Source: Azolla caroliniana (lineage: Eukaryota; Plantae; Polypodiophyta). From it: a DNA stretch of 64,000 bases. The notes beneath the pieces were generated by a model. The model did not search any database. It was not told the DNA's origin and worked only from the letters and a program-made list of their open reading frames with translations. This document shows, piece after piece, positions 22,800 through 37,109 of this stretch. Numbering within the stretch: position 1 is the first letter of the stretch; each line of letters opens with the position of its first letter. The stretch lies in assembly GCA_043228905.1 (NCBI GenBank), contig JBHGNT010000018.1, positions 3,534,001 through 3,598,000 on the forward strand. Direction: 5' to 3'. The translations under genes were made by a program, and so were the position numbers.

Positions 22800-25200
22800 G
22801 TGTATGTATTTATGTGCATAGGTCCAAAGGGCCAAGGAAGGAAGCACCCTAGGTATAAATGACCTAGAAGGCTTCCCTACAATCAACAACCATGTTGGCT
22901 TTGTAATTATTGGCCTCCTACATGCCCTCATGATTTGCTACCTTGTATTAAACTAAATTTCAACAAAACCGTGGTCATGAATCCCAAAATGGCCATCCCT
23001 GGTTATGTGCTCTCTCCCTCCTTTTATGATTGTCAAGAGTCCTCTCACCAAAAATTAAAACTTGTCAAACAAGTCAACACTTTGACTTTCACAAAAGAGT
23101 TTTTTCTTAATTACCAATTTCCCATATTACATGTATCACAAATTCACTATTGACCCTCCTATTGCCATCAAGGGGTTTAAACTCTTATCCTCATTGTTCA
23201 AGTCAATAGCTTCCACCACTTGAGCTACTTTCATTTGTTTTTGTTTTGTTGTCATTTTCTTTTCAATCTTGATATTATGTTTTTGGAACAAAACCTTGAA
23301 CCTATTATCCAACTTAGGTTTTTGGCATTTTCCTCCTTTGCACACACCACATCTCAGCAACGGTAGGTGGATGAGGTGAGCTAGTGACAAAAGCAATGAT
23401 TTAGTTAAATACCCAAAGGTCATTGCTTTCACCACTAGCTCACCACTCATTGACCTATTACCACTTTTGGGTTTAATGTTGGCACCTCAACAAACAAAGA
23501 ATGAGAGGTTCCAAGGTGGTTAAGTACATCGAGGTTCAAGGAGATTTGGCAACAACATGGACCCAATTTCTTATTCTCACTCCTCGAAAGGGTACACTTT
23601 GAGCTTATGTGCACAATGAGCTCATACAACTAGGGATATAAACAATGTTGACCTATTTCTCAACACTAAGTTCTAGATAGAAATGATAGATGTACACGAG
23701 GAGGATTGGTAGACCAAACATATCGCATTACCAAGAAATGGGTGTGACATAATGGTCACCAAGGAAATGTGTCGGTCACTCCCCTTTCTCCCTTTTCTCC
23801 ATATCTAAGTGTAGAGTTTTAGTCAACCTAAAGTGCTCAAACCAACCATCATAGAAATTGCTGACGTAGAAATGTTGGAAGAAGTGGGTTGTGAGGTGGT
23901 ACGTGGTGTAAATGGTTTTAGGAGGGTAAGCTTTCAAACTCCACAATGTTTGTGACATTAATTCCAAGATAGTACATGAAGTGCAAGATGGAGCGTGTTA
24001 GCCTACTGAGCCTCCTAGAGTTGTACATGAGGGCCTCTGTGCGAGTATGGAGTTGCCAACCTTCAATGAGCAAGTGATGAAGCATGTAATTGATTGGGAG
24101 GAGAGCATGTGGCATTGTTAGGCCAAAGATGCAAGAGTGCAGCAACATTCTTAATTGCAAAGTGTTATAGTTGGCTATGTTGAGCCCTACGTTGTGGTGA
24201 GCTAGGCATGTAATTAAGTAATGTCTTGCTCAAGTCTATTAGAGTTGTCTACGACTGGATTTTGAGCATCTATAAGTTTGTGCCAACCAACTATGCATTG
24301 AGGGATTTTGTTCTCTAACTTTGGTGTCGGTATTTGTTAGCACTTGTGGTGGTTCAATGTTTCAAACAAGGCCAAAAGTAAGTCTTTGAGACCAAGGGCA
24401 CTTTGTAGTATTCATTAGACCAAACGCTCCAAACTCAAGCATAGGGAACTAGGTGTGCCAAAAGGTGAGGTGTCCTAATGGATGGTGGTGGGGCATCCAA
24501 ACCTCGACTAGGATGTGGTTCAACTCTTCTTTGTCAATTTAAGAGTTGATGTTGAGCATGTAGTGACACGTTAGAGTTTTACCAACTCTATTGCGTGGAT
24601 CGGGCGTAGATATTTTAGATATATCTAGCGTCCATAGAGAGGCCAATATTGACCCATAGGACCGATTGTATTGAGCATGGAAGTTGATCCCTTCCATGTG
24701 TAGGTAGGTGAAGAGCCTCCCAAATATCTAAGATCATAAATTGGAATATGATCTTGAGGGGTGGTGGTTCGAAGACTTGTATCACCACCTTGGCTACATT
24801 GGAAGGTGAACGAACACCCACTAAAGAGACATGCAACAATGCTCGACCTAAATTGTGCTAAGAATAGGAACATTTGAGGCGTTATGCATCTTAGTTGGGG
24901 AGAATAGCATGATAGTTGAACTTGACAAAAGCAAGGGTATAAGTTCAAGTGCCACACCTTCCATTGAAGAAAGGAGAGTGCATAACACTTGTGATACAAA
25001 GTAACTTACAAAGTACTATCCAAGCCTCTAAGCTAAGGTTAAGAGTTCTACAAGGTTCATCAATGAAACTATCGCTCAGGATATTCATGCCTTAGTAAGG
25101 GTTGTAAGAGTAGGGTAGTGGCCAAGAGTATGACAATCTCTGTCTCTAATGGGTACATGAGGAATAAGACCAACGAGTGCCTTGGGTAACAACTTTGCTT
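22800..25200 (-). mobile_element. Degenerate LTR-retrotransposon pol remnants
   Basis: Fragmented frames, including an integrase-like (S)RFGCP motif near 24490-24510; no long ORF. Boundaries approximate. Confidence 0.45.
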
Positions 25201-26276
25201 GTTCAAATGGAGCCTTTACACAATGTTTTTGTTGTCAATTTTGGTGCAAACTTACAATTTACTCCTTTTTTATGCATGAGTTGCGAGAGAACAAAGTTCC
25301 TAACATGGATCAAAATTAAGATATCTTAAATATGGCAATGCATATGTTCAAACATTAATCATTTTTAAGACAGCTATTTGTTATTTTAAAAATTTCTTCA
25401 TGGAGAAAGAAGAGATTATCAAGTTGGCCATGTCTATGTTTGAAAATGATTATAAAAAGAAAGATAACCAATCTCACTTATAAGTGTGTTGCTTATAAAC
25501 TAATCTTGCTTAGTTCCTTTGAAAAATTTCAGCAAGCTTCAGATAACCATTGTCAATGTATGTCATCACCATTGGCAATAGAAACATATCTCATGTAAAT
25601 GGACTTTACTCAATGGTTTCATACCATCACATACATTATGTGTGTTGTAGAGAAATGAAACATCATCATTACCATCAGCATTATGACAAAACAGGCTTAG
25701 GGTTCAGTTTCACAATATAAAAGCAATGAATTAATGGTTTACAAGCTAGCGTCATGTAATTTCATACCCATGTGAGACCTATCCAACCACCACTATTGGT
25801 GAACAAACATATTGCTGAAGTAAATGTTTCATCTGACTTTAAAATTTCAGTGGTTTATAGTAGCTTCATGACCTGGATCAGAATTTTTTAACTTTGTTTC
25901 AAATTGAAGTAGGAAAAGAATGTCCTGCAGAATCCGAATCCTATAGTACCTCTACTCATTTTATTTGTGTCATGTTCAAGGGCAGATATCTGCAGTAGGA
26001 TAATATAGAAAACATTTAAAGGGCCTAGATTTGAACCTGACAAGTGATTAAGTTATGGAACTTCCCCATCCTTCCCCAAATTATGGCATATTATCTTTCA
26101 TCTTTTCAATAAAAGCACCTATGATTACACGAACCTGAACTATGCTTCTGACAAAAAGAAAGACACTACTGAGCTATGTTTAATAAATATCCTTATCAAG
26201 CAGGATTTATAGAAATGGAAGGTATGTGACCATCAATTTGTAATTAACAACATGATTGCTAATTTGGTTTCAATGT

Positions 26277-29200
26277 TCAAGTTCTTTCCATGGCCAAAGA
26301 TGCAAGTCCCTGCATTTCCTCTTTGGATAAGAGAGCATCTATGAATGTATCTAGCCCATCTCCTTGCATAAACCGCTCTATTGAGTGTGTTGTAATACCA
26401 GCACGATGATCAGTCACTCGACCTTGTGGAAAATTGTAGGTTCGGATGCGTTCGGATCTGTCTCCACTACCCATCTAAGCAAATGGAAGACAATATCCTA
26501 GATCAATTTAACGATAAGATAAAAAAGAGGAACTTGAGGAAGATCTGAAACATGAATGTGAATTGGTACCTGAAGCTGCCGTATTTCAGACATGCTAGCA
26601 TTTATTCTTCTTCTCTCTGCTTCAAATATTCGAGCTCGTAAGATGCTCATTGCCCTAGCCTTATTCTGGCATTACTTCAATCTCTTTAGCGACTCAATGT
26701 AATGGAGAACAAGCATAAAACAAAACTATATTGTCATTATATTACCTGATGCTGGGATCTCTCATCTTGAATAGAAACTACTACCCCACTGGGAATGTGG
26801 GTGATTCGCACAGCACTACTGGTGGTATTGACATGTTGTCCTCCTGCTCCTCCAGCCCTGTATGTATCAATACGCAAGTCTTCGTTACGTATTTGCACAT
26901 CAACCTGCAAAAGTTCTAGCTCTAATCAAGAGTCAACTTCAGTATATAGAAGTATTTAGACAAAATACGTAGGAGTTCAACTAGATGTAACCTCATTTGC
27001 TTGAGGTAGAATAACAACAGAGGCAGCACTAGTATGAACACGCCCACTCTTTTCAGTAATTGGGACACGCTGCAAATAATACCGAGTAATTCAGATAAAC
27101 CATTCATCCATCTCCCAAAATTGGATTCCTAACTTAAAATGAGATGGTTACCTGAACTCTGTGTACTCCACTCTCAAATTTCAGCTTCCCATATGCACCA
27201 GTGCCAGTAATAGAAGCACTTGCTTCCTAAAGAAAAACTCACAATAAATATTACCAAGACTACTAATAAATGATGAACAAACAAATATTCTGATTATTCT
27301 CACAATGATGATCTCCTGATGGAAAATAATAAGCTTTTTTGCAAAATGAGCTTTTTTGCATATAGATAGAAAATAGAATGACCATGTTCCTTAACAATAA
27401 ACTTCCCTATAACAGGGCTCTTGATGAGGGCTTGCAATATCCTTGGCCCACCTGACATCTTTCCAGATGTTATATGCAAAGAAGTTTCAAAGAAATTCTT
27501 TCATACCGAGCTATACTGTACTCAGAACACTAACCTTGTGGAGAGCCCACATTGATCTTGAGATATGCATGTTGTGTTGTCCTGGACCATTCTACACACA
27601 CCAGCTGAAATTGCTAAACTTCACTGGATAATTCAATACAGTCCATTGAGGACTACACTCAGGTTGAAGAGCATTCTACTAGACTACTGAAAGGGGTTGA
27701 GCACAAGAAGCTTGGCTCAGTCCATCTATTCAATGGAGAATAGAATGGGTTAATATTTCCAGACGCGGTTCCATTGGCACTGATTCCATTCATTGGGCAT
27801 TAGCTACTTATACTAACACCTATGTTCCAGATTCTGGAATACAGTACGGCATTAGTGGTGGAACCAAATACCAGCATATCAAGACTGCAGAAGATCAACA
27901 AATCATAAAATTACATAATCAAAAGAGAACACAAGAGAAGGATATCTAGCTATGTTTAATGCCTCAAACTTGATGTGATTACTTAAATTTGCACCTGGTT
28001 ACACTCCTTTACTAATTCCCAAAGTGGATCATCATTCCAATGGACTTTTTACACAATGTCATTTGGGTGGTAGTTGAGCGTTTTTTTAAAAGAGCACAAT
28101 TGATGCCATAAAGAGCCATGAACTAGCTCAGTTCTCTGTGGAGAACTTTCCGTTTCTTGATTCGGTTGACGCTTTGAAGTTCATAAAATGCATTTTAAGC
28201 AAATAGTTCTCAAAAGCTCCACAACAATTGTTACAGACCTTCTAGAATCCATCCTACACACATGACATAGCACATGCAGTTCAAGCAAAAGATAAAGATC
28301 TCCGACTCATCCACCGGTCATAGACCCTCAGTAACTTGCATCTGAGCCAATATCACACCGGAATCACCTGATACTTTCGATTATGAAACATTACCACAAC
28401 CTTTGGAGTGAATGGTGAACAACTGCTGAGGATAGTTGAAGAGTGGTGATCACACAATGGCCCATTCATAGGATTACTTCATCCCTTTGCATGTGGGTTT
28501 GTACTCATAAAAAGTCGTGCTCAGACACTGACTGACCCAGCAGGAAGCACTCATCCATAGGATACTGAGAATCCAGAATTATTGTCACTTTGAAAACAAA
28601 AATCCAACCTAATATGAAATGCATGATTCTCCAAATAGTTACAAGCACAAACTAGAGCAAAAAGGTACTGCTTCTAGAATTAGGATTCCACCTTGTATCC
28701 CCGCAGACTTGTCTCTGTAATATCAATCACCTCGAACTTCCATGATTTGTTGTGTGCATAAGCCTCATACCTGTAATTTGAAGTGGACCAATCAACCATT
28801 AAGATACATGGAAAAATATGGAGTATAATGAGGCGTTCTGACAAGGAAGGAACCAAACATTTTAAAAAGATCCATTGCAAACAAGGATGCCTCTTCTCCA
28901 CCAGTACCTGATTTCAAAGATATCGACTAGAATCAATATATCATTTATGCATTAGAAGGCTATAGGATATTGCAAATTGAAATCTTCCAGCAGGTAAAAG
29001 CTTTAACTATATGTAAATATCCCCAAAATTCTTTGACTGTGGATCAATTTAAAAGGTAAAGAAAATGTTGATACAGCATAATCAAAGATAGTAGTAAAAT
29101 CAGCCATTTCACCTGCTCTGACCTCAAGAATGCAATTTCTGCTGTCAGCTTCATCCTTTGGAAGCATCTTTAAAAGAAGTTCTTGCTGTATTTCTTTCTC

Positions 29201-31354
29201 TTCTTCAACTGCAGATTCAAGCTCTTCATTAGCCATCTTACACATGTCCAAGTCATCTCTGGATTCCTTTAAAATCTCTCTAAGACCTTGGATCTCCTGA
29301 TTTACATATATTATCCACATATAATTCAGCAAAGATGGCCTATAAATAGCAGAAAGAAATACACAAAAAATAGGATACCTTTTGCTTCTCCCTCAATCTT
29401 GAGATGTAATGGATAAGCTCTTCCAATTTGCCAAGCTCTTTATTTAATTTTGTGATCTCATCTGGCGTTGCATCTGGCTGCCTTCAAACAAACAGGAATC
29501 TTTCAGCTTGATGCAATGGTCCTGGGACCAATAGCTAAGTTGTGTCTTGAACAATGTTCGGACAAAGATTGTTCACATCTAGTAGTTTCTATATTGCACA
29601 TTTCAAACAGTTCGAAATTTAATGCTACACCATTAATGAAAACTTTCATATCTTACAAGGCTACGGCAATATTTTAATTATAAATACAAAAATGAGGAAC
29701 AACGAGAAACCGATACAAAAAGAAAAAATAATAATGGATATAATTGAAGAAAATATGCGGAAAAAATACAGATACTTACAAGCACAATCTGTTCCAAGAT
29801 AAACTATCATCGAGTTACCCATGTATTACATAGAGAAAACAGTTTGCCACTACAGGAAAATAAGTTTTGTCTTGCTGACGAACGCTTGTCAGGAAATAAA
29901 AAGAGTTCAGACAATCAATGGTTGCAGATTTTTATTTTAACTTTCCACGCTCTCTCTTGATAGATTGTTCTCTGGCCTATTTCTCAACAGTTTCCTTAGC
30001 CAATCCTATTTAAACCCAATCATCATCACTCTCCTACAAGCATAGCTACTATAAATCGTCAAAAAATGTTTATATATGAAAGTGATTTAATGAATATACA
30101 TATCTGAGAAACTTTCATGTACCTTACTCTCGACATCATAAAATGAAGGTCCAATGACAATAATTCATATTGTTCTGTATTTGATTTTATGTTTCACAAT
30201 ATGTTTGGGTTTTTACCATGCAGTTAGCTATTTTAATCAAGGAATGGACTATCAATTTCTCATGAGGGTAGTTTCACATAAGCTTGTACTCGATGAAATT
30301 AGGAGGCAATTGTAAAGTTTGACTTCATCTTACAATCATTTGTTCCTTCTCCTCAACAAGTACTTTTCACTATTCTGTATTTTGATATTAGGATATAATT
30401 ATACATACCTATTAAAAAAAAATGGCTTCGTTCTTAAATGAGAGCGTGACTTTTATTAGTACTCTCATAAGCAATATACGGTCCATTCCTTGTTAACAAC
30501 TTAGGAAAGACACATCATGACCAAGAAGAAACTAAATACAGCATACTAAATCTCTTTGTGACAATCTCATTATTCAAGTATAGATATATATAACTGTTGT
30601 TTAGCCTGGTGTAGGTTTAGATCCCACTATAAATGATAATGTGAACCACCAGTCACAACACTACAATGTGACATTTCATGCTTCACAATCACATGCATAT
30701 AGACTAATCTACGGCATATAAGACAACACACAAACAAAGAGACACGTATCGGTCAAATCTAATATTGGTAGTTCTAGTGATGGGTGGTCCCATTCTAGAA
30801 AGCAATGACACATTTGGTGGTTCTACTATACAACACTTCATAAATAGCAACAATTTGAGGAGGGTCGTTGGGGTATATGATGAAAGTAACAAATCAAATC
30901 AATTCTCGGACCATTGTTTTTTTGTGTCAATATATCCCCTTGCATATATTTTGCGCTATTTGAAACTACGCGCATGGAATTACAGATAATACTGATATTA
31001 TTAATACAGAAAAAGAACAAGGACGAAAGGCAATATTTGCAACTAGGTATTATTGTCCATACCTGCAAGCTAGCTTTGGTCAAACCTGCATGCCGAGATT
31101 CGATTGCAAGAGCTCTACTGTTCAGGACTCTCAGTGTTTCTTCAGAAAGCCATGAATGGCGAGATGCTGAAGCACATGAATAACATGAATAACATTTTTC
31201 AGAAAAAGAAAGAGAGGAGAGAACATATTGTTAGAATATATTAAAATGAGATCTCACCATCGCTGGAGAAGAGGCGAGGCGAGGTTTCGCAGACGCGGAG
31301 GCGTCTGCGAAACAAAGCAGAGCGAGCGACATGGAAGCATAAGCGAGAGTTCAT
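26277..31354 (-). CDS. prfA: Peptide chain release factor 1, organellar (probably mitochondrial)
   Basis: Eleven phase-consistent exons: 31258-31354, 31063-31166, 29379-29477, 29113-29296, 28859-28907, 28692-28770, 27152-27226, 26992-27069, 26746-26904, 26570-26665, 26277-26474. Motifs: [31 protein letters not shown] (PxT), GGAGGQHVN (GGQ), [19 protein letters not shown]. The N-terminus [31 protein letters not shown] is an Arg-rich presequence-like peptide. Confidence 0.95.
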
Positions 31355-31501
31355 ACCTCTCTCTCTCCCCCCCTCTTCCCCCCTTCTGTGTCCGAGTCTG
31401 AGTCCGTGAATCTGTGTCTGTATCTGTACCTGAGCATGAGCCTGAGCATGAGCCTGAGTATGTGATTCTGTATGTCTGTATCTGTGCCTGTGTCGAAAAA
31501 C

Positions 31502-31510
31502 AAACCCTAA
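31502..31510 (+). promoter_or_regulatory. Telo-box (AAACCCTAA) upstream of the RF1 start codon
   Basis: Exact motif ~150 bp upstream of the ATG at 31354. Telo-boxes are enriched near plant translation-machinery genes; function here untested. Confidence 0.45.
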
Positions 31511-31512
31511 AC

Positions 31513-31771
31513 CATCGTATGAACCATACGTGCATTCTCACATTCGCGTATGTTTCAACCACTCGAGAATGGTAAAAACACCCTCGACGTATGGTAAATA
31601 CCATATACTTTTGTATTCATTATATATTATAAGGTAAAAAAAAACAAATTTAAGGTGAGAAAGTTAAGGTAAAAAGTGTTTCAAAAAAAAACATAAGAAT
31701 GTTTTGATAAATATATGCATTCGTATGGAAACGAATGTTTTCCAATGCATTCGAGTATATTACGTACTATG
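31513..31771. mobile_element. hAT-type MITE, 259 bp, with 8-bp TSD
   Basis: Exact direct repeat CCCTAAAC at 31505-31512 and 31772-31779. Imperfect TIRs: CATCGTATGAACCATAC versus CATAGTACGTAATATAC (reverse complement of the right end). Confidence 0.7.
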
Positions 31772-33736
31772 CCCTAAACCTAACCTACCACAAAAAAGAA
31801 ATAGTAAGAGAAGAAAGCCATGATGTCCGTCAACTTCTTTTCGGAAGCGAGTGTTGGGCAGCTGGCCGGCCAATCATTTCCCGATTGATTGGGTTATTTA
31901 CAAACACAAATCAACCCAGGAATGATTTATATTTTTTTTTGCGTTCAGTGGTAGCGATACAAGGCAATCAATTCCTCACGCAATAGCTTATATATATATA
32001 TATATATCCCATTCCTTTCTCTTTTTGTGATTTTCCAGCCATGATACTCTAATGTCTCGAAAACCTCTCAAGACGTGAAATTATATTGGTGTTTTACTTG
32101 GGCTAGTGGGGGTGGGATTCTCTGGGTCTATCCTTTTAAGTTTCCCTGTTTGTCATTCGTGCCTTGCATTTTGATTCCACATATTCGATGGATATATTAG
32201 CAACCTTTAAACACATGTTCAATCTCTGAACCGATTTGTATTTGCTCGTGGGATTCTCAACATATTTGGTTGTCTAATTCTTTTGGTTTCATCATCTAGC
32301 TCTTGATTTTTCACTTCTCCTCTTAAGTTCTCCTAGAGTTGCCCCCCACCCATTTTTTTGTCTTTGGTTTGTGTCGATGGAATCCCTCTCTCTGTGTACC
32401 ATTTTTATACAAGAAATCGATATAGTTAGTTTGGTTATATGTGGGTTCAATATGTTCGTTTGGTCATCGGTGGGTTCTAGGGATTCTACAATCATGCCTT
32501 TCATAGGCTATGTCAATGCTTCTATTTGCAAATGCTTTCCCCAAGTGAGGTATGGTTTTTCCTCTCAAGTGTTGTTCCTATCCTCTCAATTGGCTAGAAC
32601 TTTTTTGTGGGCATCATAACTTTGTCTATTTTCTTTTGAATGTTGATGCTAGGAAAGAGATTTGTCATATGAACAAAAAACTAGTTGATTCATGTTACAT
32701 CTTCCACAAAGGGTACATTTGGGTTGAAGGTTATAAATGTTAACGTTTGGTCATATAAGTTATTGAATATATTTATTTTATCATAAACAAAGTAAGAATA
32801 AAATATTCCTAGTTAATATTTACCACTTTCAAATCTACTGTGTAAAATCTTACACTCTTATTTGCAATGGTAAATTTATTCTTCCGAACTTATATAAACA
32901 TTATACCAAGAAAATGATGTCCTCACAAATCACACAAAATTACAATGACTTAAAAAATAAAAGGAGTTTTTAAATTCGGATACTTCACTTAGCAAATCAA
33001 ACATAATCAATTGTGCCAAAACCATGTCCCTACATGCTCTATGTACTTCCTTTGCTATGTATTTTAAGCAAGGAGAATTTCAGATCCATCGATCAATTAA
33101 TCCATGAGAAAAAAACTCTAAATGACACATTATTCAAAATCTCAAAGCATCCTCCCAACATAAAAATGTAGGAATGGAAACCTAGCTCATTATACTCGAA
33201 ACAAATCTCTGCGCTTCAATAAAACTTCAAGTTTTTGAGCTTACACAATCAGGATTATTCTAACAACAGAAAATGCAAGAAGCCCAACTCGTTTTAGTCC
33301 TTGAAACAAATCCCATGCTTCTACAAAACTTCAATTTTTTGAGCACAAACTAGGGAATATTCAAAACGCCAAAACCCCTCTTCTTGGATATGAAAATGCT
33401 TGTAACCCAACTCACATTAATGTTCGAGCAAATCACAACTCCTATTAACCTTCAAAATGTCAACTCCCTACATAACCTCCCTTTTGTTTTCTTTAATAAT
33501 TTAGAATATCAAAGCATCTTTGCATGGGACCCTCAATTAATCCTTGGAAGAAGGATCCCAATTTCTATATGAAGCTTCAAATTTTTGCAACATTTATATA
33601 GCTTTTCGAAATATTCCAGTCTATCAGGCTGCCAATACAAGTTCTGCTATGAAAAATTGGAAGATTTAGCATCTCAACTGGCCCATTTAATACTGATTCT
33701 GCAGTTTTGGGAACTTAAAACATATATATATATACC

Positions 33737-36254
33737 TCAAGAATGTGACAAATACCCAACTAAAATCCCAACCACGGCAACGAGTAAGAGAAACACGAAG
33801 GAAAATCCAGTGTGTCGTTCAGCTAGCTGATAAGCCATTCTGCCTTTCCCTCTATCTCTTCTGGCTTTAATGCTCTACTTGGCCACAACAAGAAGAACCG
33901 AGTATAAATATCAGTTTTCATTTTATATTTCTTAGCAAAACTAGTACAAAAGGTCAAGAATATTCAATCTTTTACAAAACCTGTATCTCTGCTTGGAGCT
34001 TTTGATTCCTCTCTACAGCAGCTTTCTTTTCCTGGATCAACCTTGCAAGTTGTGCTTGTGCCTGTCCAAAATAAACCCAACCCTTGAAAGGTTTTAAATC
34101 AAAGAATGAAAGCATTCTTTCTTTTACAGCACTACCAAAATGGCAACAGAATCTTTGTACTAGTGAAAAAAATGTGTTGATTATACTTGAATTTTTCAAT
34201 TTCAACCAGGTAACTTCATGAATCTATAAGTATTTTAGTAATAATTTATACAACAATCGTAATGCCTTTTTTTTTGTCACAAACATGTGATGTTTATAAC
34301 ATGAAAGTATGAACTAACCTCTGCAATTTTCTCCTTCCAATCAACAAAATCATTTGCCTGTCCATACGAATCCTGATTAATTCAATGACAACACAAATCC
34401 TTCCATACTTTAGAAACTTGTCCATACAAGCTTACAGCCTCAGAAGTGTTTTGTATAAACGTTGAGAGTTGTGGTGAAATGCCTACCTCTTGTGACTCCG
34501 ACATGAAACATGGTGATTGAAGTCTGGATACATACACAACCTTCAATTTTCTTTCGAAGACTTCCTTCCCAGGACATATATTGAACTTTTTTACATGTCC
34601 CAAGCACATCAGAAAACCAAAATTTTAAACCAAAATTGAGATGACAAATCTATCTTCCCAGCCTGTATTACATTATTTGTGATCTCAAAAGAAAGATGTT
34701 TAAATTAGTTTGATATCAAAAAGATAATATTTCTGGATGGAACACCAATTCAGAAGTAAAAGTAACGTACATTTTTGGCAAAATAAATGTGCAAGAAACA
34801 TAAGAAGACCAAATCAACTAGCTCTCTGACCCACTTAGAATCTAGTCTTTTTCTTGAACAAAAACTCACCATATCTTGGTGAACTTCTTTGTAATCTGTA
34901 TCACCTACTGGAAGCACCACACTCTGGATAAGGAACTTATCTTTACAATGCATATCAGTGGGTGCCTCAAATTGCTCTTGCATTGCGACTGAAACATATC
35001 GTAATACTGTGTTATTGCTTATAAGAAGATTATGTAGCTAAGGAAAAGCACTGACATGGAATGAAATGTTTTACATATTTAAGCTAAATACAGGCAATGA
35101 TATGAAAGAAACATTGAAGCTACATGAAGGCAATGTTATGCAAGTGATTTAACTCAAAAAGGATTCTTCACCTATGTATTACCATATCGAATCCATAGTC
35201 GAATAAATATGAAAGTAAAACTATGGAAGAAAATATATAGCATATTGAAGCTAAATTAGAGATGATGCTATGCAGACTATTTAAGCCATGAAGAAACCTT
35301 CACCTGTGACAATAATTGAGGCTCTAGGTGAAATGATACTGGCATTTGGCCGAACGGTATACTTCTTTGGTGATGTTGTTTTGACCTTAAGAGGATGGCC
35401 AAAATCGATATTTTTTTGCAATAACACAATAAAAATCAAAGGTAGAGAAAAGGATAATCAGGTCACTGAAGAAAAGATGAAATCTACTAATCGACAGGAC
35501 TACAGTACTGTTCCATATTGTATATAACAATTGTACAGGCAGATGATTCAAAAGTTATATATTGCAAATAAAATGCAATAAACAATTAAAGGAAACCAAT
35601 TCAAAGAACCATATGAGGTTACAATACATTCTCAATCAGTTCTTATCTATTTCCCAATAAGTCCAAAACTGTCATATGCTAACTTATGTGAATAGGTTAC
35701 AAACTGAGGTTACAATATATTCTCAATCTGTTCTTATCTATTGCCCAAGAAGTCCAAAACTGTCAAATTCTAACTTATGTGAATAGGTTGCAAACTATGT
35801 AAAATACGAACACTAACTTATGTTGATAAGACCGCAAAATGGTAAACATAAACTAATATAAATAAATTAGTAGCTACATAAAAACCCTAAATCTACATTT
35901 ATTGACAGACGGTAGCCCTAACCTCTGCCAACAGTTTTTTTAAGTTTCAGAAACTAAAATACAAATTACAGAGAGAGAGAGAGAGAGAGTGAAGGAGAAG
36001 TAATGTGCCTTAAAAGCAACACGATTATCCGTCAGATTCACAAGCTGCACAGAGCATGGTATTTCCTTTCTCAACTCAACTGTGCCACATAAAACAAAAA
36101 CAGGCAGACCAATTCATCAGAAACAATTCAAGGAAAATGGATACATGAACCAAATCTCTTCACAGAAACACATACTTTCATGAATAATGATAAGAACAAA
36201 CTTACAAGGGAACGTCAACTCATCAGGCTGGATGGAAAGGATTTCAGAAGGCAT
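33737..36254 (-). CDS. VAP27: VAMP-associated protein (VAP27 family; MSP domain, coiled coil, C-terminal TM anchor)
   Basis: Exons 36206-36254, 36009-36079 (GC donor), 35304-35385, 34870-34988, 34436-34585, 34319-34357, 33981-34061, 33737-33874. Motifs: VAFKVKTTSPKKYTVRPN, MQEQFEAPTDMHCKDKFLIQS, KLKVVY, and TM segment GFSFVFLLLVAVVGILVGYL. Confidence 0.93.
35614..35796. repeat. ~92-bp tandem duplication in VAP27 intron 2
   Basis: tgaggttacaata...gaataggtt(a/g)caaact occurs twice in tandem. Confidence 0.9.
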
Positions 36255-36591
36255 AGCTCACTTGAATAATTGTAGTAACAAGGTCAAAGTTCTAACAAAC
36301 AAGCCGGAAGTTCTCTCGATTCTTTTTTTTTCTCTTTCACTTTTGTTCGCAGTTGATCAAATTAATTAGTACATACTCGATCCTTCCAGTGTAGAACTAG
36401 TGTCCTTCCGTTGTCATGATGCACTAGACTGAAGAACAAGATTTGAAACGCCAGATTTCATAAGGCTCGAATATCATATCCTAAAAGAATATAATCTGCA
36501 TGTGAATAACAGATTCTCGATCCCTACTTGTGCATCATCATGTGAAATTATAAATAAGAGATTAATTCAGTTCTAATCCCATTCTGATCCG

Positions 36592-36651
<60 letters not shown>

Positions 36652-37109
36652 ATCCTTCTAGTCATGGATCAGACTTATTGAGGCAGGTAAAGCAGCTTAC
36701 ACAAACAAAACTACTTTTTTTTTCTCCATCGAGGAGAGAAGAAGATAAGTTGAGGATGATGGGAGGCAGAAAACAAAATTTCGGAATCACAATTTACTGC
36801 TTCGTGAATCAGAAACTCAATCACACCCAACGTACTAATGTTCGAATGATATAGCAGTGGAAAGTATCTCGATGAATGAGAAATCAAAAGGATTATCGCA
36901 TGAACCATACCTCTGAATGTGTTTGTGTGTGATCTTGTGAGAGCGGCTTTATGTTGTGATTGGTAGAGCAGAAGCACAGGAACAGCCAGCCGGTGCCACT
37001 ATTCGAAGAAGGAGAAGGCAAAAAAAAGCTTCATAGATTTGATCGGAGGAGATGCAGCAGTAATTGACAGAAAACAGCCCGTCTTTTTGCATGCAGAATT
37101 CGGCTCTGC

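Noticed and set aside
31254-31604. 116-aa ORF as the RF1 N-terminus
   Set aside because: Wrong phase for the 31258 donor and it starts inside the MITE; the ATG at 31354 gives an in-phase presequence-like exon.
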